Assembly (NCBI GenBank): GCA_002189035.1
Contig: NEEC01000468.1
Span: 1 to 27,154 of the forward strand
Reading direction: 5' to 3'
DNA from: Utricularia gibba
Lineage: Eukaryota > Plantae > Magnoliophyta
DNA length: 27,154 bases
This document shows positions 22,701 to 27,154 of this stretch, in pieces (within the stretch, counting starts at the first letter, position 1; every line of letters begins with the position of its first letter). The notes beneath the pieces are model-generated. The model was not told where the DNA came from and made no database searches. It saw only the letters and a program-made list of their open reading frames with translations. The position numbers were made by a program, and so were the translations under genes.

Positions 22701-25700
22701 GATTGATTCAATTAGTTGCTATGATACTTCTGATTCTTGATGCACCATTCCATACACCATGTCTCTAGTGGCTATTTGATTCTTTTGCCGTGTATCCCAT
22801 TTGCATCAATGTCGAGAACGAGAAGCACATTCTTAGACGCAGCCACCAAGGAAGGACACGGAAGACACTTTTCGTTGAGGTTGTTTTTAATATGTCCACA
22901 GTTATCGGAAAAACGTAACTCCATATGATATTACTTGGAGCACGAATAAAGCTTCCCAATGGTGTGCTATGAAGAGTAAGGCTCTACATGTTTTCGAAGA
23001 GGTGCTTCGTGGACCAGGATGTGCGACATAGTCATTTCATTGCGCATCACCATTCGGGATGCAGCCGAAAAATCACACGTGCACCGGATTTGTTAAAAAT
23101 AAATATTTACGCATATCCTGAGTATACAACAGTGTTGGGATAAGTGATGCCACGAAATTCATGATGTAACATGTGACTTTTTTCCATCTTGATCGCATAT
23201 CCGATGAAGTTTGACACCATATGTTTTGGCTGTTGATTGATTCAATTAGTTGCTATGATACTTCTGATTCTTGATGCACCATTCCCATACACCATGTCTC
23301 TAGTGGCTATTTGATTCTTTTGCCGTGTATCCCATTTGCATCAATGTCGAGAACGAGAAGCACATTCTTAGACGCAGCCACCAAGAAAGACACTTTTCGT
23401 TGAGGTTGTTTTTAATATGTCCACAGTTATCGGAAAAACGTAACTCCATATGATATTACTTGGAGCACGAATAAAGCTTCCCAATGGTGTGCTATGAAGA
23501 GTAAGGCTCTACATGTTTCGAAGAGGTGCTTCGTGGACCAGGATGTGCGACATAGTCATTTCATTGCGCATCACCATTCGGGATGCAGCCGAAAAATCAC
23601 ACGTGCACCGGATTTGTTAAAAATAAATATTTACGCATATCCTGAGTATACAACAGTGTTGGGATAAGTGATGCCACGAAATTCATGATGTAACATGTGA
23701 CTTTTTTCCATCTTGATCGCATATCCGATGAAGTTTGACACCATATGTTTTGGCTGTTGATTGATTCAATTAGTTGCTATGATACTTCTGATTCTTGATG
23801 CACCATTCCCATACACCATGTCTCTAGTGGCTATTTGATTCTTTTGCCGTGTATCCCATTTGCATCAATGTCGAGAACGAGAAGCACATTCTTAGACGCA
23901 GCCACCAAGGAAGGACACGAAGACACTTTTCGTTGAGGTTGTTTTTAATATGTCCACAGTTATCGGAAAAACGTAACTCCATATGATATTACTTGGAGCA
24001 CGAAAAAGCTTCCCAATGGTGTGCTATGAAGAGTAAGGCTCTACATGTTTTCGAAGAGGTGCTTCGTGGACCAGGATGTGCGACATAGTCATTTCATTGC
24101 GCATCACCATTCGGGATGCAGCCGAAAAATCACACGTGCACCGGATTTGTTAAAAATAAATATTTACGCATATCCTGAGTATACAACAGTTTGGGATAAG
24201 TGATGCCACGAAATTCATGATGTAACATGTGACTTTTTTCCATCTTGATCGCATATCCGATGAAGTTTGACACCATATGTTTTGGCTGTTGATTGATTCA
24301 ATTAGTTGCTATGATACTTCTGATTCTTGATGCACCATTCCCATACACCATGTCTCTAGTGGCTATTTGATTCTTTTGCCGTGTATCCCATTTGCATCAA
24401 TGTCGAGAACGAGAAGCACATTCTTAGACGCAGCCACCAAGGAAGGACACGGAAGACACTTTTCGTTGAGGTTGTTTTTAATATGTCCACAGTTATCGGA
24501 AAACGTAACTCCATATGATATTACTTGGAGCACGAATAAAGCTTCCCAATGGTGTGCTATGAAGAGTAAGGCTCTACATGTTTCGAAGAGGTGCTTCGTG
24601 GACCAGGATGTGCGACATAGTCATTTCATTGCGCATCACCATTCGGGATGCAGCCGAAAAATCACACGTGCACCGGATTTGTTAAAAATAAATATTTACG
24701 CATATCCTGAGTATACAACAGTGTTGGGATAAGTGATGCCACGAAATTCATGATGTAACATGTGACTTTTTTCCATCTTGATCGCATATCCGATGAAGTT
24801 TGACACCATATGTTTTGGCTGTTGATTGATTCAATTAGTTGCTATGATACTTCTGATTCTTGATGCACCATTCATACACCATGTCTCTAGTGGCTATTTG
24901 ATTCTTTTGCCGTGTATCCCATTTGCATCAATGTCGAGAACGAGAAGCACATTCTTAGACGCAGCCACCAAGGAAGGACACGGAAGACACTTTTCGTTGA
25001 GGTTGTTTTTAATATGTCCACAGTTATCGGAAAAACGTAACTCCATATGATATTACTTGGAGCACGAATAAAGCTTCCCAATGGTGTGCTATGAAGAGTA
25101 AGGCTCTACATGTTTCGAAGAGGTGCTTCGTGGACCAGGATGTGCGACATAGTCATTTCATTGCGCATCACCATTCGGGATGCAGCCGAAAAATCACACG
25201 TGCACCGGATTTGTTAAAAACATATCCTGAGTATACAACAGTGTTGGGATAAGTGATGCCACGAAATTCATGATGTAACATGTGACTTTTTTCCATCTTG
25301 ATCGCATATCCGATGAAGTTTGACACCATATGTTTTGGCTGTTGATTGATTCAATTAGTTGCTATGATACTTCTGATTCTTGATGCACCATTCCCATACA
25401 CCATGTCTCTAGTGGCTATTTGATTCTTTTGCCGTGTATCCCATTTGCATCAATGTCGAGAACGAGAAGCACATTCTTAGACGCAGCCACCAAGGAAGGA
25501 CACGGAAGACACTTTTCGTTGAGGTTGTTTTTAATATGTCCACAGTTATCGGAAAAACGTAACTCCATATGATATTACTTGGAGCACGAATAAAGCTTCC
25601 CAATGGTGTGCTATGAAGAGTAAGGCTCTACATGTTTTCGAAGAGGTGCTTCGTGGACCAGGATGTGCGACATAGTCATTTCATTGCGCATCACCATTCG

Positions 25701-27154
25701 GGATGCAGCCGAAAAATCACACGTGCACCGGATTTGTTAAAAATAAATATTTACGCATATCCTGAGTATACAACAGTGTTGGGATAAGTGATGCCACGAA
25801 ATTCATGATGTAACATGTGACTTTTTTCCATCTTGATCGCATATCCGATGAAGTTTGACACCATATGTTTTGGCTGTTGATTGATTCAATTAGTTGCTAT
25901 GATACTTCTGATTCTTGATGCACCATTCCCATACACCATGTCTCTAGTGGCTATTTGATTCTTTTGCCGTGTATCCCATTTGCATCAATGTCGAGAACGA
26001 GAAGCACATTCTTAGACGCAGCCACCAAGGAAGGACACGGAAGACACTTTTCGTTGAGGTTGTTTTTAATATGTCCACAGTTATCGGAAAAACGTAACTC
26101 CATATGATATTACTTGGAGCACGAATAAAGCTTCCCAATGGTGTGCTATGAAGAGTAAGGCTCTACATGTTTTCGAAGAGGTGCTTCGTGGACCAGGATG
26201 TGCGACATAGTCATTTCATTGCGCATCACCATTCGGGATGCAGCCGAAAAATCACACGTGCACCGGATTTGTTAAAAATAAATATTTACGCATATCCTGA
26301 GTATACAACAGTGTTGGGATAAGTGATGCCACGAAATTCATGATGTAACATGTGACTTTTTTCCATCTTGATCGCATATCCGATGAAGTTTGACACCATA
26401 TGTTTGGCTGTTGATTGATTCAATTAGTTGCTATGATACTTCTGATTCTTGATGCACCATTCCCATACACCATGTCTCTAGTGGCTATTTGATTCTTTTG
26501 CCGTGTATCCCATTTGCATCAATGTCGAGAACGAGAAGCACATTCTTAGACGCAGCCACCAAGGAAGGACACGGAAGACACTTTTCGTTGAGGTTGTTTT
26601 TAATATGTCCACAGTTATCGGAAAAACGTAACTCCATATGATATTACTTGGAGCACGAATAAAGCTTCCCAATGGTGTGCTATGAAGAAAGGCTCTACAT
26701 GTTTTCGAAGAGGTGCTTCGTGGACCAGGATGTGCGACATAGTCATTTCATTGCGCATCACCATTCGGGATGCAGCCGAAAAATCACACGTGCACCGGAT
26801 TTGTTAAAAATAAATATTTACGCATATCCTGAGTATACAACAGTGTTGGATAAGTGATGCCACGAAATTCATGATGTAACATGTGACTTTTTTCCATCTT
26901 GATCGCATATCCGATGAAGTTTGACACCATATGTTTTGGCTGTTGATTGATTCAATTAGTTGCTATGATACTTCTGATTCTTGATGCACCATTCCCATAC
27001 ACCATGTCTCTAGTGGCTATTTGATTCTTTTGCCGTGTATCCCATTTGCATCAATGTCGAGAACGAGAAGCACATTCTTAACGCAGCCACCAAGGAAGGA
27101 CACGGAAGACACTTTTCGTTGAGGTTGTTTTTAATATGTCCACAGTTATCGGAA
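19718..27154. repeat. Homogeneous sub-array (units 38-51) fixed for one haplotype with private variants
   Basis: Units 39-50 all read CACATTCTTAGACGC, and units 38 and 51 read CACATTCTTAACGC. All carry the A, CCA, G, TTGT and T4 alleles. The TTG, T, TTTG and T3 alleles never occur here. Confidence 0.92.
26235..26355 (+). pseudogene. 5S-like copy in unit 50 (clean representative of the right-hand domain)
   Basis: Matches the array consensus across the segment (GGGATGCAGCC...GTAACATGTGA); T6 at 26357-26362. Confidence 0.6.

Larger units (their letters stand above)
1..27154. repeat. Tandem (satellite) array: 51 complete ~535-bp units plus 9 bp, all in one orientation; both ends lie outside or at the window edges
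   Basis: The anchor TTATCGGAAAA recurs at 1, 534, 1067, 1601, 2133, 2668, 3203, 3740, 4273, 4805, 5339, 5873, 6407, 6943, 7479, 8009, 8543, 9075, 9607, 10136, 10669, 11201, 11736, 12266, 12799, 13328, 13854, 14385, 14918, 15451, 15986, 16519, 17049, 17583, 18119, 18654, 19185, 19718, 20242, 20775, 21307, 21836, 22368, 22902, 23427, 23960, 24493, 25024, 25546, 26081, 26615 and 27146. Units differ only by a few substitutions and small indels. Confidence 0.99.

Noticed and set aside
1-27154. CRISPR array
   Set aside because: No alternation of short repeats with unique spacers; the entire 535 bp is repeated and there are no cas genes.
1-27154. Tandem array of Cassandra TRIM retrotransposons, which carry 5S sequence in their LTRs
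   Set aside because: No tRNA-Met primer-binding site (TGGTATCAGAGC) and no clear TG...CA LTR ends or polypurine tract were seen. The 5S similarity includes the extreme 5' end and the T-run, which fits a whole 5S unit better. Not fully excluded without a search.
1-27154. Whole window as a rolling-circle or MDA concatemer of one 535-bp circle
   Set aside because: One template would give a single haplotype with random errors. The phased multi-unit allele patterns and the domain switch at unit 38 require several distinct templates in fixed order.

Overview
The whole window is one head-to-tail tandem array: 51 complete copies of a ~535-bp unit (observed 522-537 bp, ~39% GC) plus 9 bp of a 52nd. 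There is no unique DNA and no credible protein-coding gene. The supplied ORFs are the same few frames of the unit, opened or closed by 1-bp homopolymer indels. Main observation: each unit carries a ~120-nt segment colinear with a land-plant-type 5S rRNA gene. It starts (G)GGATGC, has TGCACCGGAT at 5S position 24-33, a box-C-like AGTGTTGGGATAAGTGA, and ends just before a T6 run. A GC at -12/-11 and a C at -1 lie upstream. Identity is only ~50% by hand alignment against a 5S sequence recalled from memory, and helices II and III cannot form. The array therefore looks like a satellite amplified from a decayed 5S rDNA unit (120-nt gene relic plus ~415-bp spacer). This assignment is moderate-confidence and needs a covariance-model or HMM search. 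The array has two domains. Units 1-37 are heterogeneous, with linked variants recurring as an imperfect higher-order repeat every 3-5 units. Units 38-51 are nearly uniform and carry private variants. Scattered 1-bp indels suggest residual long-read error. The host is probably a eukaryote and possibly a plant (inference only).
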